Below are positions 19,192 to 28,846 of a DNA stretch of 64,000 nucleotides, piece after piece (position 1 is the stretch's first letter; each line of letters starts with the position of its first letter). The position numbers and the translations under genes are program-made. Source of the DNA: Acidobacteriota bacterium (GTDB lineage: Bacteria > Acidobacteriota > CAIWXX01); the NCBI GenBank assembly GCA_040755995.1, contig JBFMAF010000026.1, forward strand, positions 76,889 through 140,888, in the 5' to 3' direction. The notes under the pieces were generated by a model. The model had not been told where the DNA came from, did not search any database, and was given only the letters and a program-made list of their open reading frames with translations.

Positions 19192-20424
19192 ATGTCCGTC
19201 ATAGCGATATTCAGCAGCACTTACTGCTCGGGCAAGGAGGTTGCGGAGAAGGCCGCGCAGAAGATGGGATACGAGCTTATCGGCAACTCGCTGCTGGCTG
19301 AGGCGGCTCTACGGTTCAAGGTGCCCGAGGAGAAGCTGGCCCGCGCGATGTCCGGTCCGCCGTCGTTTTTCAACAGCCTCTTCCATGAGCGAGAGCACCA
19401 CATCGCATATGTCCGCGCAGTCCTCGCCGACCAGTTGAAGAAGGACAATCTCGTACACTACGGCTTCGCGATGCACCTGCTCCCGCGCTACGTCTCGCAC
19501 ATCCTTCGCGTCTGCCTGGTTGCGAACCGTGAGTACCGGGCCAACAAGGCGGTAGAACAGCGGCAGATTCCGAAGAAGGAGGCCCTCAAGCTCCTGAAGA
19601 GGGATGACGAGGAGGCGAGCCAATGGACCGGGTACCTTCACGGGTCAAGACCCTGGGACAAGAAGCTCTATGACATCAGGATCCCGATTCATAACACGAC
19701 GCTCGAGGCCGCTGTCAACATGATCTGCGAACAGGCGGGCGGAGACGCGTTGAAGCCGACGCCTGATTCATCCCGCGCGGTGGACGACTTCATTCTTGCC
19801 ACCAAGGTGAACCTCGCGCTGGTAGAGAAAGGGCATCATTACTGCGATGTGACCTCCAGCGAGGGCCAGGTGACGATCGTTATCAACAAGGAGGTCCTGC
19901 GCTTGGAGAGGCTCGAGAACGAGCTCGCCAAGATCGCGGAATCGGTTGAAGGGGTGAATACCGTGCATACCAAGGTCGGCCCTAAGTACAACCAGGCGAA
20001 TATCTCCTACCAGATCGATCTGCAGCTGCCATCCCGCGTGCTCCTAGTGGATGACGAGAAGGATTTCGTGCTGACGCTGTCCGAGCGCCTCCAGATGCGA
20101 GACATCAACTCATCGGTCGTGTACGACGGCGAGCAGGCTCTGTCGCACATCAAGGGAGAGGAGCCCGATGTCATGGTGCTCGATCTGCGGATGCCCGGCA
20201 TCGACGGTCTGGAGGTGCTGCGGCGGGTCAAGAAGGAGCACCCCGGCGTGGAAGTGATCATCCTGACAGGGCACGGGACGGAGAAGGACGAGGCGCTGGC
20301 GATGGAGCTCGGTGCGTTCGCCTACCTGCAGAAGCCCGTGGACATCGACGTGCTGGCGGGCAAGATGAGGGAGGCTTACCAGAGGATTGCCGCCAGGAAG
20401 GCCGCGGTGGAAAAGGATCTATAG
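19192..20424 (+). CDS. Cytidylate-kinase-like, BON-like and receiver domain fusion protein
   Basis: N-terminal VIAIFSSTYCSGKEVAEK (Cytidylate_kin2-like, similar to 49518..50324); C-terminal VLLVDDE...VLDLRMPGIDG...ILTGHG...YLQKP. Confidence 0.85.
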   Translation: MSVIAIFSSTYCSGKEVAEKAAQKMGYELIGNSLLAEAALRFKVPEEKLARAMSGPPSFFNSLFHEREHHIAYVRAVLADQLKKDNLVHYGFAMHLLPRYVSHILRVCLVANREYRANKAVEQRQIPKKEALKLLKRDDEEASQWTGYLHGSRPWDKKLYDIRIPIHNTTLEAAVNMICEQAGGDALKPTPDSSRAVDDFILATKVNLALVEKGHHYCDVTSSEGQVTIVINKEVLRLERLENELAKIAESVEGVNTVHTKVGPKYNQANISYQIDLQLPSRVLLVDDEKDFVLTLSERLQMRDINSSVVYDGEQALSHIKGEEPDVMVLDLRMPGIDGLEVLRRVKKEHPGVEVIILTGHGTEKDEALAMELGAFAYLQKPVDIDVLAGKMREAYQRIAARKAAVEKDL

Positions 20425-20505
20425 CGCGTGATCTGATCCCGGGCTCGGATGGCCGGGAGGACGCGGTGGGAGCCCGGTGTCGCATGAATCGGTGAGGTCC
20501 ATGTC

Positions 20506-22251
20506 GTGAACCAGGGAAAAGGCCTGCTGGCGAAACTCGGCCGGCTCCAGCGTTTCCTCCTCCCGCCGTGGTGGACGGAGGAGGAGGAGCCGCACAAGAT
20601 GTCGCTGAGGTATCGCTGGCTCTGGGTCAGCGGGGTCCTTTCGGCGTTGCTGGTCTCACTCACTCCACTGGTCGCCATGACCGTCATAAACATTTACGAG
20701 TACCAGAAGGCTTTCGAAGCGGAGATACAGTTTCCGGTTCAGCGACAGGTCTCGAACACGCGCCGGTCCATCGAGTTCTTTCTCGAAGAGCGGCGGGCCG
20801 CCCTCAACTTCATCATCCATGACAACACGTTCGAGGCGTTGTCCGAGCAGGAGCGGCTGACGGGTATTTTCAAGAACATGAAGGAGTTCTTCGGCGGGTT
20901 CGTGGACGTCGGCCTGATCGACTCACAGGGAATTCAGCGCTCCTATGTCGGCCCTTACGGCCTCAAGGGGAGATCGTACGAGCAGCAGGTGTGGTTCGAC
21001 GAGACGGTTCTTCGCGGGAGTAACGTCAGCGACGTCTTCCTGGGTTATCGCAAGTTCCCGCACTTTGTCATCGCCGTGAAGAACGAGAAGAGGGACGGCG
21101 ATTTCTACATCCTGCGTGCCACGTTCAATGCCGAGATCTTCGACAACCTCCTGGCGTCAATCGAGTTTCGCCCATCAAGCGACGTGTTCATCGTCAACCG
21201 CGCCGGCGTGCTCCAGACACCGTCGCGCTCCAACGGCCCAATCCTTTCGATGACACAGCTGCCGGTTCCGCCGTATAGCGATAGAACCGAGGTGCGCGAC
21301 GTCGTCGACCGTGACGGCCATCCCACCCTCGTCGGCTACGCCTACATCAAGGACTCGCCGTTCGTGCTCATGGTCGCAGAGCGACACGAGACCCTGATGA
21401 AGGACTGGATAACGCTACGGCGAAATCTACTCATCTTCCTGATCGTAAGCATGGTGCTGATTACCGTCTTCGTACTGGCCGGCTCGCGGAACATGGTCAC
21501 TCGCATCTGGGAGGCGGATCTCAAGCGGGCATCCGTCTTGCACCAGATCGAGTACACGAACAAGATGGCCTCAATCGGGCGCCTGGCCGCCGGTGTCGCG
21601 CACGAGATCAACAACCCGATGGCCATCATCAACGAGAAGGCCGGGCTCATGAAGGACCTGATGATGCTGGAGGAGGAGTTCCCGAAGAAGGAGAAGTTCC
21701 TTTCGCTGGTGGACCCGATCCTGACCTCGGTCGATCGCTGCAGAACGATCACGCACAGATTGCTCGGGTTCGCCAAGCGGATGGATGTGCGGGTCGAGAC
21801 GATACACATGGACCTGCTCATCAGAGAGGTCCTGAGCTTTTTGGAAAAGGAATCCAGCTATCGCAACATCACGATCCACCTCTCGTTCGCCGATGATCTG
21901 GTGCCAATCCAGAGCGATCGCGGCCAGCTGCAGCAGGTGTTTCTTAACATCCTGAACAACGCCTTCGCGGCGGTCAAAGATGGAGGCCGAATCGACATCA
22001 GCGCCGAGCCGAGAGGGATCGAGAAGGTGGCGGTTACCATCACAGACAACGGTGTCGGGATCTCCGAGGAAAACATCAAGCACATCTTCGAACCATTCTT
22101 CACGACGAAGGAGAAGTACGGCACGGGACTGGGCCTCTCGATCACACATGGCATCGTCGAGAAGCTGGGTGGACAGATCGAAGTGAGGAGCGCGCTGGGC
22201 GAGGGCACCAGCTTTGTGGTGACCCTGCCCGTTCAGCGCAGGGAGGAGTAG
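20506..22251 (+). CDS. Membrane sensor histidine kinase (Cache-like extracytoplasmic domain)
   Basis: Two TM helices; GVAHEINNP, LNILNNA, DNGVGI, FEPFFTTK, GTGLGLSI; start could be downstream (20599). Confidence 0.93.
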   Translation: MNQGKGLLAKLGRLQRFLLPPWWTEEEEPHKMSLRYRWLWVSGVLSALLVSLTPLVAMTVINIYEYQKAFEAEIQFPVQRQVSNTRRSIEFFLEERRAALNFIIHDNTFEALSEQERLTGIFKNMKEFFGGFVDVGLIDSQGIQRSYVGPYGLKGRSYEQQVWFDETVLRGSNVSDVFLGYRKFPHFVIAVKNEKRDGDFYILRATFNAEIFDNLLASIEFRPSSDVFIVNRAGVLQTPSRSNGPILSMTQLPVPPYSDRTEVRDVVDRDGHPTLVGYAYIKDSPFVLMVAERHETLMKDWITLRRNLLIFLIVSMVLITVFVLAGSRNMVTRIWEADLKRASVLHQIEYTNKMASIGRLAAGVAHEINNPMAIINEKAGLMKDLMMLEEEFPKKEKFLSLVDPILTSVDRCRTITHRLLGFAKRMDVRVETIHMDLLIREVLSFLEKESSYRNITIHLSFADDLVPIQSDRGQLQQVFLNILNNAFAAVKDGGRIDISAEPRGIEKVAVTITDNGVGISEENIKHIFEPFFTTKEKYGTGLGLSITHGIVEKLGGQIEVRSALGEGTSFVVTLPVQRREE

Positions 22252-22259
22252 GAGGAGGG

Positions 22260-22634
22260 ATGGAGCGGCTGCGGGTCCTGTTGGTCGACGACGAGGAGGA
22301 GCTCGTGTCGACCATGGTCGAAAGGCTCAGGCTGCGCGACATCGAGGCGGATGCCGAAACCGACGGCTACAGGGCGCTGGACCGCGTGATGGCATCGGAC
22401 TACGACGTGGTGCTGGTGGATGTGAAGATGCCCGGGCTCGGCGGCATGGAGCTTCTCGGCGAGATCCGGAAGGAACGCCCCGATGTGCCGGTCATTCTCC
22501 TGACGGGCCACACGGCGGAGCAAGAGGGGGTCGAGGGGATGCGGATCGGCGCCTTCGACTATCTTATGAAGCCTATCAACATCGACGACCTCATCCTGCG
22601 CATGAGGGATGCCGCCGGCCGCCGGCAGGGCTGA
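22260..22634 (+). CDS. Single-domain response regulator
   Basis: VLLVDDE, VDVKMPG, LLTGH, YLMKP. Confidence 0.92.
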   Translation: MERLRVLLVDDEEELVSTMVERLRLRDIEADAETDGYRALDRVMASDYDVVLVDVKMPGLGGMELLGEIRKERPDVPVILLTGHTAEQEGVEGMRIGAFDYLMKPINIDDLILRMRDAAGRRQG

Positions 22635-22640
22635 GGAGCA

Positions 22641-23324
22641 GTGAGCAGGGATCTCGAACCACTGCTCTCCGAAGCGAGGCTGGCCTTCTTCGGGAAGATC
22701 ACCGCGAGCCTCTCCCACGAGCTCAACAACGTGCTCTCCTACATCAACGAGCTCTCCGGGCTGACCGGAGATCTGCTCGCAGCGGGCGCTCAAGGCCGAC
22801 CTGTCAACACCGAGAAGCTGCAGAGGCTGGCGGAGCGGATCGGCGGTCAGGTCCATCGCGGCGAGGTGCTGATCAAGAGGCTGAACCGGTTCTCTCACTC
22901 GGCAGACGTGCCGCGCAAGACGTTCGATCTGGGGAAGCTGCTGGAGGACATCATGGGGCTCGCTCAACGGCCGGCAACCATGAAGGGGTTCGAGCTCACC
23001 GCGAGCTTCCCAGATGAATCGATCAACATCCACAGCGACCCATTCGGCCTCCAGCACCTGGTATTCACATGCTTCGAGGCGATCTGGGAGTCTCCGGCCG
23101 TGCGCAAGACCGTGAGCGTGAGTTGCAGGAGGGAGGAGAAGGGCGCGAGCGTTCTTGTCGGCGCTGCCGAGCCGCTCGCGAGGAACGACGGCGTTATCTC
23201 GCGCCTACGCTTTGCGGCCCGCCTTGCCGGTGACCTGGGCGGACGTATGACCGAACCTGCCGAGCAGAGCCCGGACCCGATCACGATCTGGCTCCCGTCC
23301 TCGACCGAGGATGGCGAACGATAA
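22641..23324 (+). CDS. Histidine-kinase-like protein with intact H-box and degenerate ATPase domain
   Basis: ASLSHELNNVL; no N-box Asn, DxGxG or GxGLG motifs in the C-terminal half. Confidence 0.75.
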   Translation: MSRDLEPLLSEARLAFFGKITASLSHELNNVLSYINELSGLTGDLLAAGAQGRPVNTEKLQRLAERIGGQVHRGEVLIKRLNRFSHSADVPRKTFDLGKLLEDIMGLAQRPATMKGFELTASFPDESINIHSDPFGLQHLVFTCFEAIWESPAVRKTVSVSCRREEKGASVLVGAAEPLARNDGVISRLRFAARLAGDLGGRMTEPAEQSPDPITIWLPSSTEDGER

Positions 23325-23569
23325 GCATTCCATCCGGCCATCCGCATGGCCTGCTGCTCAACCTCGGGGCGCCCACTCTCCAAACAAGACGGGTCATGGC
23401 GCCGGGACCACGATCGCACTCCGGTCCTGCTCTCCGAACTTCCTGCCTTCCTTGGATGTTCGGAACAACCGGCCCATCAGGCACCGAGCCGCTCGGTTGC
23501 GGCTCGTCCGCGTCAGGCATCGTCGCTTACTGAGTGTACTTCAGCCCCGTGACGTGGCTCTGGAGCGAG

Positions 23570-23950
23570 AAGGTCTGGTTTGAGGCCGGCGTGAACGAGC
23601 CTGCCATAAAGAGCCTGATGGAGCGGATGAAGTGGGTAGAGAAGTATCCGGTGCCTAGACTGGGCACAGGGAATGACTTTGGCACGAAGTCTGTCACCGT
23701 CCAGCTGCAGGATGGAAGACAGTACTCCCGGGAGATGAGCCTATCATGGGGGATGCCCCAGAAGCCCCTGACCGCCGATGAGTTCAATGCGAAGTACAGG
23801 GATTGTGCTTCAGCCGTCCTGTCGGAAGCGGATGTCGAATAATCTCTCCGCGTCCTCTCAAACCTCCAGGCAGTGAAGAGCGTCAAGGAGGTGATGAGCC
23901 TCGTGGGCAAATCATCTCTGTCTCGCGCCGGGTCGCCCAGCGCGCACTGA
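23570..23950 (+). pseudogene. C-terminal fragment of an MmgE/PrpD-family protein
   Basis: VTVQLQDGRQY...GMPQKPLTADEFNAKYRDCA, then in-frame TAA at 23840-23842 and continuation SLRVLSNLQAVKSVKEVMSL. Confidence 0.65.
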
Positions 23951-24040
23951 TGATCCGCAACGCGCCGTTCTCCTGCTCTGTGTAGGCGACGAGGACCATT
24001 CCGCGCGCGATGGCACCGATGGCAATGAACCTGTAGGAAA
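23883..24040 (-). pseudogene. BrnT-family toxin fragment (C-terminal half)
   Basis: RFIAIG....VLVAYTE...LRIISARWATRRE; the N-terminal FEWD motif is absent. Confidence 0.7.
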
Positions 24041-24124
24041 TGAATTCAGGCGCAATCACATCCCGGCGAGCCACCAGCAGTTGCCTGGCACAGCCGTTGA
24101 CAATCCGCCGGATGCCCCAATTCA

Positions 24125-24871
24125 TCACCGCTTCATCATCGCGAACACACCCCAGCCTAAGTATTCACGCGTGTAGGCGGCGTAGCGCTCGGGTTCCGAG
24201 GTCAGTTTGGCTCGAACATCTTTCGCGAACTCGTCATCGGGATTGGCCTCAAGCCATCGGCGCATGGTGAGCCATTTGGCCGCCTCGTATCTGTCCCAGC
24301 TGTCCTGGTCTGCCAAAACCATTTCCACGACGTCGTAGCCGAGGTGGCCGAAAGACGCGAGAAGTCCTGGAAGCACGAGAAAGTCGGAGATGGAGCCGGC
24401 AAGACACCCCTTGGCAACATCCTCCGTCGGCGGTAGCTGGCGCCAGTAGGGCTCGCCGATGAGGATGATCCCTCCGTTGTGAAGACTCCGCGCCAGAAGC
24501 TCGATAGTGCCGATGACGCCCCCAGCAATCCAAGTGGCGCCGACACAGGCTGCCACACTGACCTTCTCGTCACAGACGTAGCCCGCAGCATCGCCATGGA
24601 TGAACTTGACTTGATCGGCCACGCCGAGTTCTTCAGCGCGGAGTTTCGCTTGCTCGGTGAACAACTGGCTCATGTCGACACCGGTGCCAATGATGGCGTA
24701 ATCGCGAGCCCAGGTGCACAGCATCTCCCCCGAACCGCTGCCGAGGTCGAGCACCCGGGCCCCCGATTCCAGGCGCAGCGCCGCGCCGAGCGTGGCGAGC
24801 TTTTCGGGTGTGAACGGGTTATGGATGCAGTGAGCACTTTCGGAGATGTTGAAGATCCGTGGAATGTCCAT
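24125..24871 (-). CDS. Class I SAM-dependent methyltransferase (YjhP-like)
   Basis: MDIPRIFNISE, VLDLGSGSGEML, ACVGATWIAGG, IGEPYW, REYLGWGVF. Confidence 0.9.
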   Translation of the reverse strand: MDIPRIFNISESAHCIHNPFTPEKLATLGAALRLESGARVLDLGSGSGEMLCTWARDYAIIGTGVDMSQLFTEQAKLRAEELGVADQVKFIHGDAAGYVCDEKVSVAACVGATWIAGGVIGTIELLARSLHNGGIILIGEPYWRQLPPTEDVAKGCLAGSISDFLVLPGLLASFGHLGYDVVEMVLADQDSWDRYEAAKWLTMRRWLEANPDDEFAKDVRAKLTSEPERYAAYTREYLGWGVFAMMKR

Positions 24872-25070
24872 TGTGGAGAATTTCCTTGAGGTTGTGAATA
24901 GATTTGGTCACGGCCTAACAATTATTGGATGGAACCTCAGACTTTCCCATCTTTGCCCCTATCGAACGGTTTCAGTAGTCTCAGGGGTTCCTCCTGTGCG
25001 AGGCGATCCTCTTGCGGGCCTTTCGCGATTGTGCTTGATACACGGCGTCCTGTCAACACTGAATCCACGA

Positions 25071-25400
25071 GGGTATAGGAACTCGCTTTCTGGCCACAGC
25101 TAGAGGAATACCACCGACGTAGTAAGAAGCCACCGTCTGGAGCGTCCTCGCTTCAGGAATATGTGAGGTAACCCTGGCGATCCACTCGAGCGGGTCCTTC
25201 GTCTCGGAGGGTGCCTCAAAGAGGCTCCCGATCACCATGTCAGGCCGCGTGCCCTTTCCGAAGTACTTCAACCCCAGCTTCTCGTCCACCACCAGCCTGC
25301 CGGCCGCCGCCGGCGAGCGCACAGTGTACATGCCGACCTGGACGATCTCCTTCGCGTCCGTAAGCTCCGGCCCAATCCAAGCGTCAAACGCGGCCAGAGA
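25071..25400 (-). mobile_element. IS91/ISCR-family rolling-circle element remnant with oriIS-like end
   Basis: Y2-transposase-like peptide YTVRSP...RL...DPLEWIARVTSHIP followed by a frameshifted YY..WYS; ends in TTCCTATACCC on the minus strand. Confidence 0.65.
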
Positions 25401-25776
25401 CGGCAGGCCGGACGTTTGCGGAGGCGCGTTGCAGGCACTTCTCGACGAGCGCAAGATATTCGAAAATACCCTCGCGGCTGTCGATTGGCAGGGGGCGGTG
25501 GACGAATCACTATCCTCCGCAACGCGAGCGCAGACGGCAAGCAACGGATGCCGGTCACAGGTTCATGTTCACCCGCGGTGGACGCGTTGGGACACTCTCT
25601 CTGTTCCTTGACCCACGCCGTCCGACGCCCTATACTCCGATGAAGAGGAGATAAGACGTAGACCCCGGAAGCCTGTCCAAGCAGGACTGGCGATCCGGGC
25701 CACGTCAGATTGGTGCCGTCGCTATAGTTCCGCCGCCCGGCTGTGGCCGGCCGCCGGCGAAGGGAGGGGAGGACTC

Positions 25777-26538
25777 ATGAATCAGCAGAAGAAGCGCTGG
25801 GTTTGGATGCCAATCGTTGTGGCATGTGCGTTGTTCCCGCTGCTGTCGCGTTCGACTGACGAAGCGCCAGTGGCGCTCAAGTTGGACCCGTCGCTCAACA
25901 TCCTCAACTATGGTGTCGTCAACCTGGGCGAGTCGAAGCAGATCGCCCTGCGCATACGGAATGTGAGCAATGGTCCGGTCGATTACAGGATGACCGTGCC
26001 GAAGGGTTTCCAGGTGTACGCCAGCGCGGCGGTGCATCGCAGCGGGCACCTGGCCGCTGGAAATGAGCGCTGGCTGGGCGTCAAGTTCACGCCCACGAAC
26101 CTGGCGCGCATCGACAAGTACCTGGTCTTTACCGTTCGCGAATCGGGTGTGTGGAGGCGGGACGCCGTGGTGCGACTGGTAGGACGTGGAGCTCCCGAAC
26201 GTGTGAATCTGGAGGGGTGGTGGGATGCGACGGATGGTCTTGGCGCCAGAATCCTGTTCACCGAGAAGGGCGCGGACCAAAAAAACAGCTATACCTTCAT
26301 CTTCCACGGCGGCCGATGGCACGAGGACCTCGAAGCATCGGGCCAGGGAACCTACAATGTCGCTGATAAGGCCTTTCGTGGTACCTACGATGTCACCGAA
26401 GGGGCGGTGGTGGATCACGGAACCATGTACTATGATCTCATAGAAGGAACGGGCGGCAAGCGCGATAGGTTGGTGGGATACCACCTGAGCAACATGTTCG
26501 GGAAACTGAAGCAGGACTGGACGCGCCGGCAGCAGTAG
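25777..26538 (+). CDS. Secreted protein with ASH/choice-of-anchor-D-like Ig domain
   Basis: Signal peptide; LNYGVVNLGESKQIALRIRN...GVKFTPT...VRLVGRG; SD GGAGG. Confidence 0.7.
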   Translation: MNQQKKRWVWMPIVVACALFPLLSRSTDEAPVALKLDPSLNILNYGVVNLGESKQIALRIRNVSNGPVDYRMTVPKGFQVYASAAVHRSGHLAAGNERWLGVKFTPTNLARIDKYLVFTVRESGVWRRDAVVRLVGRGAPERVNLEGWWDATDGLGARILFTEKGADQKNSYTFIFHGGRWHEDLEASGQGTYNVADKAFRGTYDVTEGAVVDHGTMYYDLIEGTGGKRDRLVGYHLSNMFGKLKQDWTRRQQ

Positions 26539-26603
26539 TACCCCGTTCATCGGCCCCGCCTGACCGCGTGCTGTCGCGCGCGGTTTTCGGTGCCACTTGT
26601 CTG

Positions 26604-26670
26604 GGGTAAAAGAACTTGCTTCCTGGCCGCAGCCACAGGAATACCACCGACGTAGTAAGAAGCCATCGTC
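26604..26670 (-). repeat. Second copy of the 67-bp IS91/ISCR end
   Basis: 59 of 67 nt identical to 25071-25137 by manual alignment, same orientation. Confidence 0.8.
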
Positions 26671-26943
26671 AGAACGAGTCCAGACCCCCATCGGGCATGG
26701 TGGCGTATGCCCGAATGGGGGTCTGAAGCGTCCTCGGGCGGGTGCGAACGAGCAAGTCATAGTGGAAATACAGGGTCGCGGAGGTGGGTTGTCGAATTCC
26801 GCGGAAGGCTCGGGCGGGAGCTCGGCGCGAGATTAGAACGGGCACTCGGCGTCGCTGAAGTCGAAGCCGAGGCGCGGCTGGGAGGGCGGGGGCGGGCGCG
26901 CAAGCTAAGCCGCGACAAAGGAGGCGAGACGCGCGGAGACCTA

Positions 26944-27813
26944 CTATTTGAGGGTCGTCAGGATTTCCTGGCCGATCATGCCCTCGATCCTGGCCATGCA
27001 GGGGGACAAGCCGTTCTTTCTTTCTGGATTGAGCGCCTTCTCCAGTTTCCCGGAGACGGCCGGGTCCTGGAGATTCGTCTCAAGCGCATGCTGGATGGAG
27101 GCCAGCTCCTTGTAGAGCAACGCGGCCTCGGCCTTCTCAAGATCGGTCAATCCGTCGTTCTCCATCTCGGTCAGACGCTTGTCGATAGCGATGACGCGCT
27201 TGTCTACCTTCTCGATGAGCTTGTCCGCAGCAACCTTCTTGTCGCCTCCGGACTTGGCATTGTTCAGATCCGTGAGCGCGGGCTCCAGCACATCATTCCC
27301 GTACTTCGTTCCATCCGCTACCGAGTTGAGGGCGGATGCGGCGTCCATGACGCTCGGGTCGAGATTCCGCTTCGCGGCGGCCATGCCATCCTCTTTGAGG
27401 CCGTCTGTTATCTCTGTCCTCTCTCCCTCAGTGGCCACTCCAGGGTCTCCCCCCTCGCCGCCCGGGCCTCCGGGCGGGCCGGCCAGGCATCCCCCGGCCG
27501 TTGGAAACCCCTTCGAAGGCCCGTCGAAGATGCTCCTCTCACTCCGCTCGAACTGCACGCCGCCTCCGAGCCCCTTGTGCAAGTCCAGGCCCGGTTCAGT
27601 GCTCTTCTCCGGTATCCGGATCTCCACGCCCGCTTGAACCGGTCCCTTGTCCTTGATGTGCGGGTTGGCTTTCATGAGGTCTCCGAGAGGGATGTCGTGG
27701 TGAGCGGCGATCTGTTCCATCGTCTGCCCCCTTCCTGCGATGAGGGTCTTTCCACCGGACCCCCAGAGCGAGGTCCCCGGCGATGGCGGCATTCCGTCAG
27801 CGATCTTCGTCAT
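26944..27813 (-). CDS. LysM-domain protein with helical C-terminal domain
   Basis: GQTMEQIAAHHDIPLGDLMKANPHIKDKGPVQAGVEIRIP; Gly/Pro linker; SD GGAGG. Confidence 0.75.
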   Translation of the reverse strand: MTKIADGMPPSPGTSLWGSGGKTLIAGRGQTMEQIAAHHDIPLGDLMKANPHIKDKGPVQAGVEIRIPEKSTEPGLDLHKGLGGGVQFERSERSIFDGPSKGFPTAGGCLAGPPGGPGGEGGDPGVATEGERTEITDGLKEDGMAAAKRNLDPSVMDAASALNSVADGTKYGNDVLEPALTDLNNAKSGGDKKVAADKLIEKVDKRVIAIDKRLTEMENDGLTDLEKAEAALLYKELASIQHALETNLQDPAVSGKLEKALNPERKNGLSPCMARIEGMIGQEILTTLK

Positions 27814-28384
27814 GATTCCTCCCAACTAGCTTGCGCCTGATAGCGGCTCGAATGTCAGCCGGCGCTGCCGAACGCTCATCCTGTGTTATTGCCTGGGGGT
27901 CTGGACGGTGGTTGCAAGTCCGCGCGCGAGGCCGGAGTCTGGAGAGCCCCCGTTCAATCTAGACCGGTGACCGGTTGAAGTCAACCTCCGATCGAGATCG
28001 GAGGATCGCTGCGCTGGGCCTGCTGCGAACAGGCAGCGCCGGTCAATTCCCTTCACAGACTGTCGTGGTTTGCAGGGCGCCCGGGGACGGCTTGGGTTTG
28101 GTCTTGTTGTACTTGTACGCGGCGGTCGCGGCCGTGGGCGTGTCGGCCACACGCTTCATGCTCGTACCCTTGGCGTAGACCTTGGACTTGCCGATCGCAG
28201 GGCATGTCGTACCCGGAAGCTGGCCCGACGCGTCACCCCTCGCGAGTTGGCTCACCTCGACGGGCCCCGGCCCACTCGCACGAGAGGAGAACGTGCTGCA
28301 TGATTCTAGCGAGGCGGGGCCTCAGACCGATGAACCATGCAGGGCCGCTTTGGCCCCGCCTCGCGTCGAGAGTCGAGAGCCACC

Positions 28385-28755
28385 GCGGCCGCGGCTCGAT
28401 CCGAGCCCCGGTCAGGATCTCGAACGGCATGAGCTTGCCCGTGTCCACATCTGCTATTCGGACCGTTCCCCAAGCGCGCCCGGCTCCGTAAACCTGGAAG
28501 GCCACGTGGCGGCTGTCCGCCGAGATATCGGCGATCACCCAGTCGCTGTGCAACAGAACCGCCCCCCTCCCGTCACCTTTGATCCGCCACAGCCCGCGCC
28601 TTTCGCGCTGGTTCGAGTTACATACGATCCAGCGGCCGTTCGGCGCGGCGGCGGCGTCTTGAGCATCGGACCCGTCTCTCGAGACCTGTCTCGGCGCGCG
28701 CCCGTCGCACTCGGCCGTGTAGATTTCGAAGTGACCGTCCTCAATCGAGGATAGC
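28385..28755 (-). pseudogene. TolB/PD40 beta-propeller fragment
   Basis: DGHFEIYTAECDGRAPRQVS, PNGRWIV, ISADSRHVAF; truncated at both ends. Confidence 0.65.
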
Positions 28756-28788
28756 CCCGGATCCGGGATGGGGATGGGCAGGCCCACA

Positions 28789-28818
28789 TTGACAGTGCCT
28801 CCGGGAATCCGGCACAAT
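28789..28818 (+). promoter_or_regulatory. Putative sigma70 promoter for the orphan response regulator
   Basis: TTGACA-N18-CACAAT, 28 nt before ATG. Confidence 0.4.
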
Positions 28819-28846
28819 CCGCGGTGGGACAGATTGGAGGCCGCAG

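Noticed and set aside
28043..28255. Lys/Thr-rich 70-aa ORF
   Set aside because: Possibly another gene fragment, but no family recognised
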